Shown piece by piece: positions 19,476-27,997 of a DNA stretch of 64,000 nucleotides; position 1 is the stretch's first letter; the number at the start of each line of letters is the position of its first letter. Source of the DNA: Candidatus Cloacimonadales bacterium (lineage in GTDB: Bacteria; Cloacimonadota; Cloacimonadia; Cloacimonadales; JAFGVF01); assembly GCA_963677495.2 (NCBI GenBank), contig CAXXOU010000004.1:1312001-1376000 (forward strand). The letters are read 5' to 3'. Position numbers and translations under genes: made by a program. The notes beneath the pieces were generated by a model. The model was not told the origin of the DNA. It saw only the letters and a list, made by a program, of their open reading frames with translations, and made no database searches.

Positions 19476-20183
19476 ATGCGAGCGAACCTGAATGCTTTAG
19501 GTGAAAGTTTAGAAGATTATCTTGAAACTATCATGTTAGCTCATAAAGAGCTTAGACGTGTGAGAGTTACTGATGTTGCTGACAGATTGAATGTTAAAAA
19601 ATCTTCAGTAAATTCAGCAATAAAGAAACTGGTTGCTGCCGGATATATAAATCATGAAAGATATGGAGATATTGAACTCACAGACTCGGGCTTCAAACTA
19701 GCTGAGCAGATTTATCAACGCCATAAATCACTTACAGAGTTTTTAACAAACATTTTAGGTGTTAATGAAAGAACAGCTTCCTTAAATGCATGTGCAATTG
19801 AACATCATTTGAATGAGGAAACATATCTTAGATTTATGTATCTTTCTGAGTTTCTTCAAGAAGGTGAAAAGAATGATAAGCTGCTAACCAGATTGCATGA
19901 ATATATTGAGACTAAAAGGCATATCCTCATGGCATCACGTGATATGACAACTATTAAAGACCTTCGAATTGGTGATGTTGCAATCATTAAGAATTATGCT
20001 GAAGATACAGATAAAGAATACAAAGCTAAACTCCTTAGAATGGGTTTGATTAAGAATACTAAACTAAAAGTAGTTAGAGTAGCACCATTAGGTGACCCAA
20101 TCGAGGTATCTATCAATAACTATCACATTATGCTAAGAAAAGATGAAGCTAATTGCGTAGAAGTTGAGGTAATAGATGAATAA
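19476..20183 (+). CDS. DtxR/MntR-family metal-dependent regulator with C-terminal FeoA domain
   Basis: SLEDYLETI, HTH, RHKSL..FL, ACAIEHHL; FeoA motif LLRMGL...VVRVAPLGDPIEV...LRKDEA; ATG 19476 with AGGAG. Confidence 0.9.
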   Translation: MRANLNALGESLEDYLETIMLAHKELRRVRVTDVADRLNVKKSSVNSAIKKLVAAGYINHERYGDIELTDSGFKLAEQIYQRHKSLTEFLTNILGVNERTASLNACAIEHHLNEETYLRFMYLSEFLQEGEKNDKLLTRLHEYIETKRHILMASRDMTTIKDLRIGDVAIIKNYAEDTDKEYKAKLLRMGLIKNTKLKVVRVAPLGDPIEVSINNYHIMLRKDEANCVEVEVIDE

Positions 20184-22581
20184 TAAAGAGATAAAAGTTG
20201 CACTTACAGGTAATCCCAACTGCGGAAAAACTACTATATTCAATGCTTTAACCGGAGCACAACAAACTGTTGGTAACTGGCCAGGGGTCACTGTAGAACA
20301 CAAAGAAGGCTATTTTGAGTATAAAGACACAAAGATAACTGTTATTGATTTACCCGGAACATACTCTTTTTCTGCCCTTTCCGAAGATGAACAGATAGCA
20401 AACAACTTTGTTCAAAGCGGACAAGCAGATCTTATTATCAATGTGTTAGATGCATCTAATCTAGAGAGACATCTATACTTAACTACTCAGTTGATAGAGA
20501 TGAAAGTGCCTATGCTTGTTGTACTAAACATGATGGATGTCGCTAAAACAAATAGCATTAAGATAGATATTGAGCACCTAGCAAAGCACTTGGACTGTCC
20601 CGTAGTAACAACTATTGCGAATAGACGTTCTGATGGTTTGAATTCTCTGAAAGAAGCAATTATTTCAACTGATAAAGGTCATGTTTCATCAACAGAGATT
20701 GGATATGACACGTTCTTTGAGACTCACTTAAAGCATGTAACCGAAGAGTTATTAAAGAAAGATCTACCTGCGAATATTGATCCACGCTGGTTAGCTCTTA
20801 AGATGTTTGAAGATAACTATCAGTACTGTCGACATCAGCACTGCGGCAGACACGGACATGGACAGCATCGTGGGCATGGACATGGAAAGCATGATGGAAG
20901 TGGGATACGACAAGGATTCATGCGTCATAGAAAACTTCGAAAGCGAATGCATGAAGCTATGCAAAATGAATCTCTTAAATTCTATCTTGATGAAAACTTC
21001 TCTGCGAAGCTTAATGAGATAAACGACAAAGTTAGAAAACATACTAGAGATGAAATAGATGTTGTTATAGCAGATGGACGCTATGGATTTATCAGAGGTT
21101 TAGCTAAAGATGTTATTCACAGAAGTACCTTACGTAGAAATGTGACTGAGCTCATAGACAATGTAGTTCTAAACAGATTTCTTGGAATACCTAGTTTCTT
21201 TATTGTATTGTTCTTAGTTTTCTATATGACTATCAATGTTGGTACACCATTTATAGATTTCTTTGATTCACTCATGGGTGCTATCTTTGTTGATGGATTT
21301 GCATCATTACTTGAGAGTCTACACTCTCCCCTATGGTTAATCAACATCTTAGCTTATAGCATAGGTGGTGGTATACAGACAGTTTCAACTTTCATTCCGC
21401 CTATCTTCTTCATCTTTGTCTCACTGGCTATACTTGAAGATTCAGGTTATATGTCCAGAGCTGCCTTTGTAATGGATAGATTCTTAAGATTCTTAGGATT
21501 ACCGGGTAAGGCGTTTATTCCATTAATGGTGGGATTTGGCTGTACAGTACCTGCTATTTTGGCAACAAGAACTTTAGAGAATAAACGGGAAAGACTGATT
21601 GCCATAATGATGACACCATTTATGTCGTGTGGTGCCAGGTTCCCGGTTTATGCTCTCTTCATCTCATTATTCTTTGCGAAATCCGGTAGTTTAGTGCTCT
21701 TTGGTATCTATTTACTTGGTATTTTCTTGGCTATTGTGACAGGTCTTCTTTTCAAGAAAACAATATTCCAAGGAGATACTTCAACCTTTGTAATGGAATT
21801 ACCTCCATACCATATCCCAACCCTCCGTGGAGTGATGACTCATACTTGGTTTAGGCTAAAATCTTTTATTATGAAAGCCGGTATAATGATTCTGGTCTTA
21901 GTTATTATCCTCAATGTGTTTGGTAACATTGGATTAGATGGTAAGTTTGGTGAAAACAGCAATAGTGACTCCATCCTAACAGGTTTTGGGAAGCTCGTTA
22001 CCCCTATATTCCATCCAATGGGTATTGATTCAGATAACTGGGAAGCATCTGTAGGTCTTATCACAGGCTTGTTTGCCAAAGAAGCTGTAATTGGCACACT
22101 TAGCGTATTATATAAAGATCAAGTTGCAGACGAGGAATTAGCTGTAGAGGATACTGAAGAATTTAAGCTCCTACCTGCAATCGGCTCATCGTTTGTAGTA
22201 TTGTGGGAAGGTTTCTTTGGTTCCGATGATGCTGAAGAAGAGGGTGAAGACAACTCACTCCGACCTATCATGAAGCGGAAGTTTAAATCCAAAGCTAATG
22301 TGCTGGCATATCTAATATTTATTCTAATTTATGCTCCATGTGTTGCTGCAATCGGTACAATATTTAATGAAACTAACGGTAAATGGACATGGATAATTGT
22401 AGGCTACCTCACCGGTCTTGCCTGGATAGTTTCAATGCTATTCTACCAGTTTGCAACCTTCTTTACTCATCCTGGCTCTTCTCTATTGTGGATTAGTTCC
22501 GGATTAACAGTAATAATTGCTTTCTACTTATTCTTAAAACATCAGGGAAATCGATTGCAAGGCAAAGTAAACTATTGGTAA
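20176..22581 (+). CDS. feoB: Ferrous iron transporter B
   Basis: GNPNCGKT, GNWPGVTVE, DLPG, NMMD, LEDSGYM.R, GFGC, FMSC, MELPPY, AKE motifs. Confidence 0.96.
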   Translation: MNNKEIKVALTGNPNCGKTTIFNALTGAQQTVGNWPGVTVEHKEGYFEYKDTKITVIDLPGTYSFSALSEDEQIANNFVQSGQADLIINVLDASNLERHLYLTTQLIEMKVPMLVVLNMMDVAKTNSIKIDIEHLAKHLDCPVVTTIANRRSDGLNSLKEAIISTDKGHVSSTEIGYDTFFETHLKHVTEELLKKDLPANIDPRWLALKMFEDNYQYCRHQHCGRHGHGQHRGHGHGKHDGSGIRQGFMRHRKLRKRMHEAMQNESLKFYLDENFSAKLNEINDKVRKHTRDEIDVVIADGRYGFIRGLAKDVIHRSTLRRNVTELIDNVVLNRFLGIPSFFIVLFLVFYMTINVGTPFIDFFDSLMGAIFVDGFASLLESLHSPLWLINILAYSIGGGIQTVSTFIPPIFFIFVSLAILEDSGYMSRAAFVMDRFLRFLGLPGKAFIPLMVGFGCTVPAILATRTLENKRERLIAIMMTPFMSCGARFPVYALFISLFFAKSGSLVLFGIYLLGIFLAIVTGLLFKKTIFQGDTSTFVMELPPYHIPTLRGVMTHTWFRLKSFIMKAGIMILVLVIILNVFGNIGLDGKFGENSNSDSILTGFGKLVTPIFHPMGIDSDNWEASVGLITGLFAKEAVIGTLSVLYKDQVADEELAVEDTEEFKLLPAIGSSFVVLWEGFFGSDDAEEEGEDNSLRPIMKRKFKSKANVLAYLIFILIYAPCVAAIGTIFNETNGKWTWIIVGYLTGLAWIVSMLFYQFATFFTHPGSSLLWISSGLTVIIAFYLFLKHQGNRLQGKVNYW

Positions 22582-22589
22582 TATATTAA

Positions 22590-22615
22590 GGGAACCGATA
22601 TCGGTTCCCCTTTTT
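22590..22615 (+). terminator. Rho-independent terminator after feoB
   Basis: GGGAACCG-ATAT-CGGTTCCC stem plus T-tract. Confidence 0.8.
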
Positions 22616-22660
22616 CTGATTTATACTGTCTATTATCTCAAAAATTTATCAAAAATTAGG

Positions 22661-22797
22661 CTGGTAGAAGTCAGTATAAATTGTTCATCTCTCGCCTAAT
22701 CCTACCGTGAGTATCCCCTGCCCCAGTCCCGTACAGTCACGGGAAGAGCATGGCTGGAGCTGGGATTATGCAAGCGTGACCTTACTACTTCTTCCAG
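22661..22797. repeat. 137-bp GC-enriched element with imperfect terminal inverted repeats
   Basis: CTGGTAGAAGTCAGTA ... TACTACTTCTTCCAG ends; internal CC-rich then GG-rich arms. Confidence 0.45.
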
Positions 22798-22842
22798 ACT
22801 TCTTTCAGACTAATTCTCCTATCATACATCTCTTTATTCTCT

Positions 22843-22966
22843 GCAGTAATCAGTAATAGCAAACAGGTTTTAACTTGGTGATAGCTTGGTGAATTCTTGG
22901 CAATTAGGCCAAGGATAGGCCAAGGGTTTACCAAGTGTTTACCAAGTGTCTGGCAGGTATTACTGC
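22843..22966. repeat. 124-bp dispersed intergenic element, copy 2 (inverted)
   Basis: GCAGTAAT...ATTACTGC ends; CTTGG and CCAAG units at 11-bp spacing. Confidence 0.8.
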
Positions 22967-23244
22967 CGGGAGATTAAGGATTAGTACTGCATTTCAGGGA
23001 GTTTGTCGGACTGATAAGGCAATGGACTGCCTGAAATGCGATCAATTCCTCTGAAGTGCACTATTTGCAAGGTCTGCGACCATTCCAAAGGTACAGATTA
23101 CAGATGCTTACAAGGAGTTCTTTAGAGTAATGTCTTCCATCATTAGTGTCAATGGCAGTGAGAAATGGTACACGATGGCAGTGAAAAGTGGTACAAAACT
23201 GCCAACCTTTAAAAATGACTACTTCAAGACAGTTTGGAGTAGGT

Positions 23245-24720
23245 ATGATTGGAGTAGAAGTGTATCATTCAATAAAAACTATGCATAAGCAAGGGCATAG
23301 TCAGCGTAAGATCGCAGAGGAGTTGTCTCTATCAAAGACAACAGTAGGTAAATACATAAATATGACACTTGATGAGTTCATGGAACTAATAAACAATAGC
23401 ATTCGTGAAAGCAGTTTTGCCATATGTGAGCAATATGTCCGCGAAAGGCTTAGCAAATATCCACGATTAAGAGCTAGTGTACTATATTTAGAAGTTAAGA
23501 AAAAGTTCCCTGAGATAAAAGCAAAAGACAGAGCTTTCCGAGATTTTGTTCGTAAGCTAAAGCAGACTTATCCTGTCGATAAATACCGTAATTATGCAGT
23601 TATCGAGACGGCTCCCGGTGTTCAGGTTCAAGTTGATCCAGGTGAGATGAAAGTAGTTTTGGGTAATAAACGTCAAAGAGTTTATTTTATAGTTTTTGTG
23701 CTTTCCCACTCGCGTCAAAGCTATGTCCATTGGAGCACAACACCATATAACACATCAAGGTTTATTGAAGCTCATCGTGAAGCTTTTATCTATTTTGAAG
23801 GTATCCCTTCAGAGTGTGTTTACGACCAGACAAAGCTTGTAGTAATACAGGAACGCTATCGGGAAGTAATCTTAAATAATCAGTTCCATCAGTTTGCAGC
23901 AAAAACGGGCTTTCATCCTCATGTATGCGAAGGCTATGATCCACAAAGCAAGGGTAAAGTAGAGCGTAATGTCTCAGAAGTAAAGCATGGCTTTATGTAT
24001 GGCAAAGAGTTCAAAGACCTGGCAGACCTGCGTTCACGCGGACTTGAGTGGCTTTTACACTTTAACGGCAGAACCCATGGCACAACCCGTAAAGTACCAT
24101 CAGAAGTATGGCAAGAAGAGAGGTTAAAGCTAAAAGATATTCCAGAGTTTATCTTCACTTTAGAAGTTCGTAATGCAGATAAAACAGGCTTAATCTCGTA
24201 TGAGGGTAATAAGTACTCTGTTCCATTAGAGTATCAGCGAAAACAGGTATATGTGCAAAAAGAAAAGAGCACTTTAGTGGTGATGGATATTTATACAAGA
24301 AAGGAAATCTGCCAACATGAGCTATGCACAGAAAAAGGCAAAATCATCAAAAACACTAATCATTATCGGGATTTTACGGTAGTGCTACAAGAGCTTATTG
24401 AGCGAGTAAAGGATGAGATGAGTGAATATATCCAAGGAGAAGAACTAATCCAGAGGCTTGTTAATGATAACCCTAAAATAGCAAGGGATCAGTTGAGAGC
24501 CTTAAGCAAGTTTAAGCGTAACTATGAAACAGATGTATGGGAGTCAGTGCTTCCTGAGGTAATGACTCTTTCGCATGTAAAGGCAACAGCCATAGAGAAG
24601 CTTCTGAATGCAAAAGTAAGACAAATGAAGCTAAATGAATTATCAGAATCAGAACCACAACAAGACTCAGAGAGTTCATTAATAGAGCGCTCATTAGATG
24701 ACTACATGAAGGTGTTATAA
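23245..24720 (+). CDS. istA: IS21 transposase (DDE)
   Basis: N-terminal HTH, ETAPGVQVQVD, YDQTK, PQSKGKVE motifs; ATG 23245 preferred over GTG 23188. Confidence 0.93.
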   Translation: MIGVEVYHSIKTMHKQGHSQRKIAEELSLSKTTVGKYINMTLDEFMELINNSIRESSFAICEQYVRERLSKYPRLRASVLYLEVKKKFPEIKAKDRAFRDFVRKLKQTYPVDKYRNYAVIETAPGVQVQVDPGEMKVVLGNKRQRVYFIVFVLSHSRQSYVHWSTTPYNTSRFIEAHREAFIYFEGIPSECVYDQTKLVVIQERYREVILNNQFHQFAAKTGFHPHVCEGYDPQSKGKVERNVSEVKHGFMYGKEFKDLADLRSRGLEWLLHFNGRTHGTTRKVPSEVWQEERLKLKDIPEFIFTLEVRNADKTGLISYEGNKYSVPLEYQRKQVYVQKEKSTLVVMDIYTRKEICQHELCTEKGKIIKNTNHYRDFTVVLQELIERVKDEMSEYIQGEELIQRLVNDNPKIARDQLRALSKFKRNYETDVWESVLPEVMTLSHVKATAIEKLLNAKVRQMKLNELSESEPQQDSESSLIERSLDDYMKVL

Positions 24721-24721
24721 G

Positions 24722-25453
24722 ATGATAGAGATAACTAAAACATACATCAAAAGGGCTCGTTGTACTCATATTTTGAATACTCTTGAAAGTGCAGTTTTAG
24801 AAGCAGAGAAACAGAATATGACTTATCTGGAGTTCGTACATTATCTATTTGAAAAAGAGAACTCAGGAAGGAATCAAACCAATATCAACAGAAGACTTAA
24901 ACAGGCTCACATCCCGATAATAAAGACCTTTGATGAGTTCGACTATGCTTATCAACAAGTAATAACCAAAAGACAAGTAAAGGAGTGGAAGAACTTTGTC
25001 TGGCTGGAGCAGAGGAGGAATATAATTTTAATGGGACCTCCGGGAGTAGGTAAGACTCATGTTGCAACAGCACTCAGTTATGAAGCAATAAAGGCAGGCT
25101 ATAAGGTGGTGTTTTATAATCTGAACAACCTTATCGAAGAACTTGTACTAGCTGAAGCAGATAACAACATAGATAAATATCTAAGCAATATAGCCAAGAA
25201 TGATCTGATAGTTATAGATGAGATGGGGTATCTTCCTCTCCAGACAAAGGCAGCTAATCTGTTCTTTAGACTCATCCATCTCTTATACGAATTTAGATCA
25301 GTAATCATAACATCGAATAGGTTGTTTAATGAATGGGGAGCTATTTTTAACGACAATGTGATAGCAACTGCTATTCTTGATAGATTACTCCATCACTCAC
25401 AACCAATTACAATGCTCGGAGATAGCTTTAGACTAAGGAATTTTCAAAAATGA
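24722..25453 (+). CDS. istB: IS21 helper AAA+ ATPase
   Basis: GPPGVGKTH, IDEMGY, ITSN, AILDRLLHH, GDSFR motifs. Confidence 0.95.
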   Translation: MIEITKTYIKRARCTHILNTLESAVLEAEKQNMTYLEFVHYLFEKENSGRNQTNINRRLKQAHIPIIKTFDEFDYAYQQVITKRQVKEWKNFVWLEQRRNIILMGPPGVGKTHVATALSYEAIKAGYKVVFYNLNNLIEELVLAEADNNIDKYLSNIAKNDLIVIDEMGYLPLQTKAANLFFRLIHLLYEFRSVIITSNRLFNEWGAIFNDNVIATAILDRLLHHSQPITMLGDSFRLRNFQK

Positions 25454-25613
25454 AGACTGTACCATTTTTAAATGCCAAACTGTACCAATTTAAAATGCCA
25501 TTGACAATCATTAGTATTCGTTTAATTCAACAATAACTTGACTTGATAAGCTCTGCTTGACAGATTGAGCATCTCTAAAATTTTGAGAAAAAGTAAGTTA
25601 TAGGAAATATAGA

Positions 25614-26957
25614 ATGAGAAAACAGATAGTAGCAATAGTGGGACGCCCAAACGTTGGTAAGTCCACGCTCTTTAATAGATTATGCAAAAAACGTAAAGCA
25701 ATTATAGACTTTGAGCCCGGTATAACCAGGGATCGCAAGTATGAAGATGTTGTCTGGAACGGGAAGAAATTCACAATCATTGATACTGGTGGAATTGTAG
25801 CAGATTCAGATGAGCCAATGGATAAACATATCCAGCATCAGGCTGACATTGCGATTGAAGAAGCTGACTGGATACTATTCGTAGTCGAAGCGAAGACAGG
25901 TGTCACTGACCTTGATATGATGCTTGCTCAACGCCTTATGCCGTTCAGAGATAAGGTTATGCTTGTTGCTAACAAGGTAGATAATGATAAAGATGAGCTA
26001 GAGATCTATGAGTTCATGCAGTTAGGTTTTGGAGAAGCTTTCCCAATCGCAGCAAATGCTGGTAGAAATACAGGTAACTTCCTTGATGAACTGCTTGAGC
26101 TTATGCCTGAAACTATCGATGATGACTATGTTGTTCATGATGATCGAATTCAGATAGCTATCGTTGGAAAACCAAATGTGGGCAAAAGCTCTATTACAAA
26201 TTGCTTACTTGGCGAACAACAGCTTATAGTTTCAGATATTCCCGGTACAACTCGTGATTCAATTGACTCAGTTATCAAGTATTATGGTAAAGAGTATGTG
26301 CTTGTTGATACAGCCGGATTACGACGTAAATCTAAAGTTAAATATGGTGTTGAATACTTCAGCTCAATGAGAACAATTGATTCGATTGACAGAGCTGATG
26401 TAGTTGTCCTTGTGATTTCTGCTGATGAAGAGATTTCTAATCAAGAACAGAGGATCTCCTCTTATGTTAGAAGAAAGTATAAAGACCTTATTGTCGTGGT
26501 TAATAAATGGGATCTTCCAGAGAAAGACAATGCAACGACAGGTAAGTTCATCAAGAAGATTAGAGAAGAACTCTCATTCATCGACTATGCTCCAATATTA
26601 TTCGTATCTGCCAAGACAACACAAAGAATCCATAAAATTATGGAGACAGTTGTTTCTGTGAGTGATGAATCCAATAAGCGTGTTACTACATCAATGCTTA
26701 ATAACTTCTTGGAAAAAGTTGTATATAGACATCAGCCTTCACATAAGACAGGTAAAAGAATTAAGTTTTTCTATATCACACAAGCAGGTGTTCATCCACC
26801 AACATTCATATTCTTCTGTAATGATGCAACCTTAATCAAAGAGGAATACAAGCGTTACCTTCACAACCAGATTAGACGAGAATTCGGATTTGAAGGTGCA
26901 ACAATCAAACTCATTTTCAAAGGACGTAAAGAAGATGATTTTTCTACTGAGTATTAG
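25614..26957 (+). CDS. der: Ribosome biogenesis GTPase Der
   Basis: Two G domains (GRPNVGKS, GKPNVGKS, DTGG, DTAG, NKVD, NKWD) plus a KH-like C-terminus. Confidence 0.97.
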   Translation: MRKQIVAIVGRPNVGKSTLFNRLCKKRKAIIDFEPGITRDRKYEDVVWNGKKFTIIDTGGIVADSDEPMDKHIQHQADIAIEEADWILFVVEAKTGVTDLDMMLAQRLMPFRDKVMLVANKVDNDKDELEIYEFMQLGFGEAFPIAANAGRNTGNFLDELLELMPETIDDDYVVHDDRIQIAIVGKPNVGKSSITNCLLGEQQLIVSDIPGTTRDSIDSVIKYYGKEYVLVDTAGLRRKSKVKYGVEYFSSMRTIDSIDRADVVVLVISADEEISNQEQRISSYVRRKYKDLIVVVNKWDLPEKDNATTGKFIKKIREELSFIDYAPILFVSAKTTQRIHKIMETVVSVSDESNKRVTTSMLNNFLEKVVYRHQPSHKTGKRIKFFYITQAGVHPPTFIFFCNDATLIKEEYKRYLHNQIRREFGFEGATIKLIFKGRKEDDFSTEY

Positions 26958-27573
26958 TATTGCATATATCCTTGGGAGTATCCCGTTTAGCTTTTTAGCA
27001 GGAAAGATTCTTAGAGGAATCGATATTAGAGAGCATGGTAGTGGCAATGCCGGTGCGACAAACACTCTTAGAGTATTGGGGACAGTACCTGGCGTAGTAG
27101 TACTATTACTGGATATGGCAAAAGGTATAGTTGCTGTTCTGATTGCTAAAGCTTTGATTAATGAGTGTAACGCTTTATATTATGAGCTACAGATAGTAGG
27201 TTGTGGTGTAATGGCTATTATTGGGCATATATTACCCGTTTTCCTTAAGTTTAAGGGCGGTAAAGGAGTTGCTACAACAGCAGGAGTATTCATGAGTTTA
27301 AGTACTGCACCTATCTTACTTGCATTACTTGTTTTTGTATTGACAGTAGCAATCTCGAAATATGTATCATTAGGTTCAATTCTAGCTGCTATCACAGCAT
27401 TCAGTATTGAGCTTTATAGAAACATTCAGGGTGAGTTTAATCATCTCCCTACTCTTATCCTATTGGGAATAATGGTAATCTTTATAATCTATCGTCACAA
27501 GAGTAATATTAAGAGACTTCTGAACGGCAATGAAAATAAGATTAACTTTACTAAAAAAGGTAAAACTACCTAA
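26935..27573 (+). CDS. plsY: Glycerol-3-phosphate acyltransferase PlsY
   Basis: YILGSIP, DIREHGSGNAGATN, GH..P.FLKFKGGKGVAT, HKSNIKRL; start probably ATG 26935. Confidence 0.95.
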   Translation: MIFLLSISIAYILGSIPFSFLAGKILRGIDIREHGSGNAGATNTLRVLGTVPGVVVLLLDMAKGIVAVLIAKALINECNALYYELQIVGCGVMAIIGHILPVFLKFKGGKGVATTAGVFMSLSTAPILLALLVFVLTVAISKYVSLGSILAAITAFSIELYRNIQGEFNHLPTLILLGIMVIFIIYRHKSNIKRLLNGNENKINFTKKGKTT

Positions 27574-27997
27574 TCATAGTTAGATTGAGCTGTAACCAAT
27601 AGTTACTAATAGATGCTAAACTATTGAAGAAGTTTTCTACTTCTATATCTTTTAGTACATAGCTGTTTGCACCTAATTGATAACAACGCTTTACATCAGA
27701 TTTTTCATCTGAAGATGATAGTATAACAACTGGAATACTTTCAGTTACTTCGTTCTGTTTAAGGTATGTCAATACTTCAATTCCATTGATCTTTGGAAGT
27801 TTCAAATCGAGAATTATTAGTTTAGGATATTGAAACTTTTTGATAACCATCCTTTCTAGAAACTCTATTGCCTCTTCACCATCAGTCATAATCTCAACAT
27901 TAATATCCGGATTATCTTTCTTTAAAGCTCTAATTATTAACTCTGCATCATAAAGGCTATCTTCAATAATTAGTATATCCATTGTAGCATATTTCAT
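27566..27997 (-). CDS. Single-domain response regulator (Rcp1-like)
   Basis: LIIEDS, LDLKLP (phospho-Asp), IPVVILSSS, GANSYVLK, YW motifs. Confidence 0.92.
   Translation of the reverse strand: MKYATMDILIIEDSLYDAELIIRALKKDNPDINVEIMTDGEEAIEFLERMVIKKFQYPKLIILDLKLPKINGIEVLTYLKQNEVTESIPVVILSSSDEKSDVKRCYQLGANSYVLKDIEVENFFNSLASISNYWLQLNLTMIR

Larger units (their letters stand above)
23147..25506 (+). mobile_element. Complete IS21-family insertion sequence
   Basis: Ends TGTCAATGGCA / TGCCATTGACA with internally repeated subterminal motifs; 8-bp target duplication ATCATTAG at 23139-23146 and 25507-25514; istA and istB present. Confidence 0.95.
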
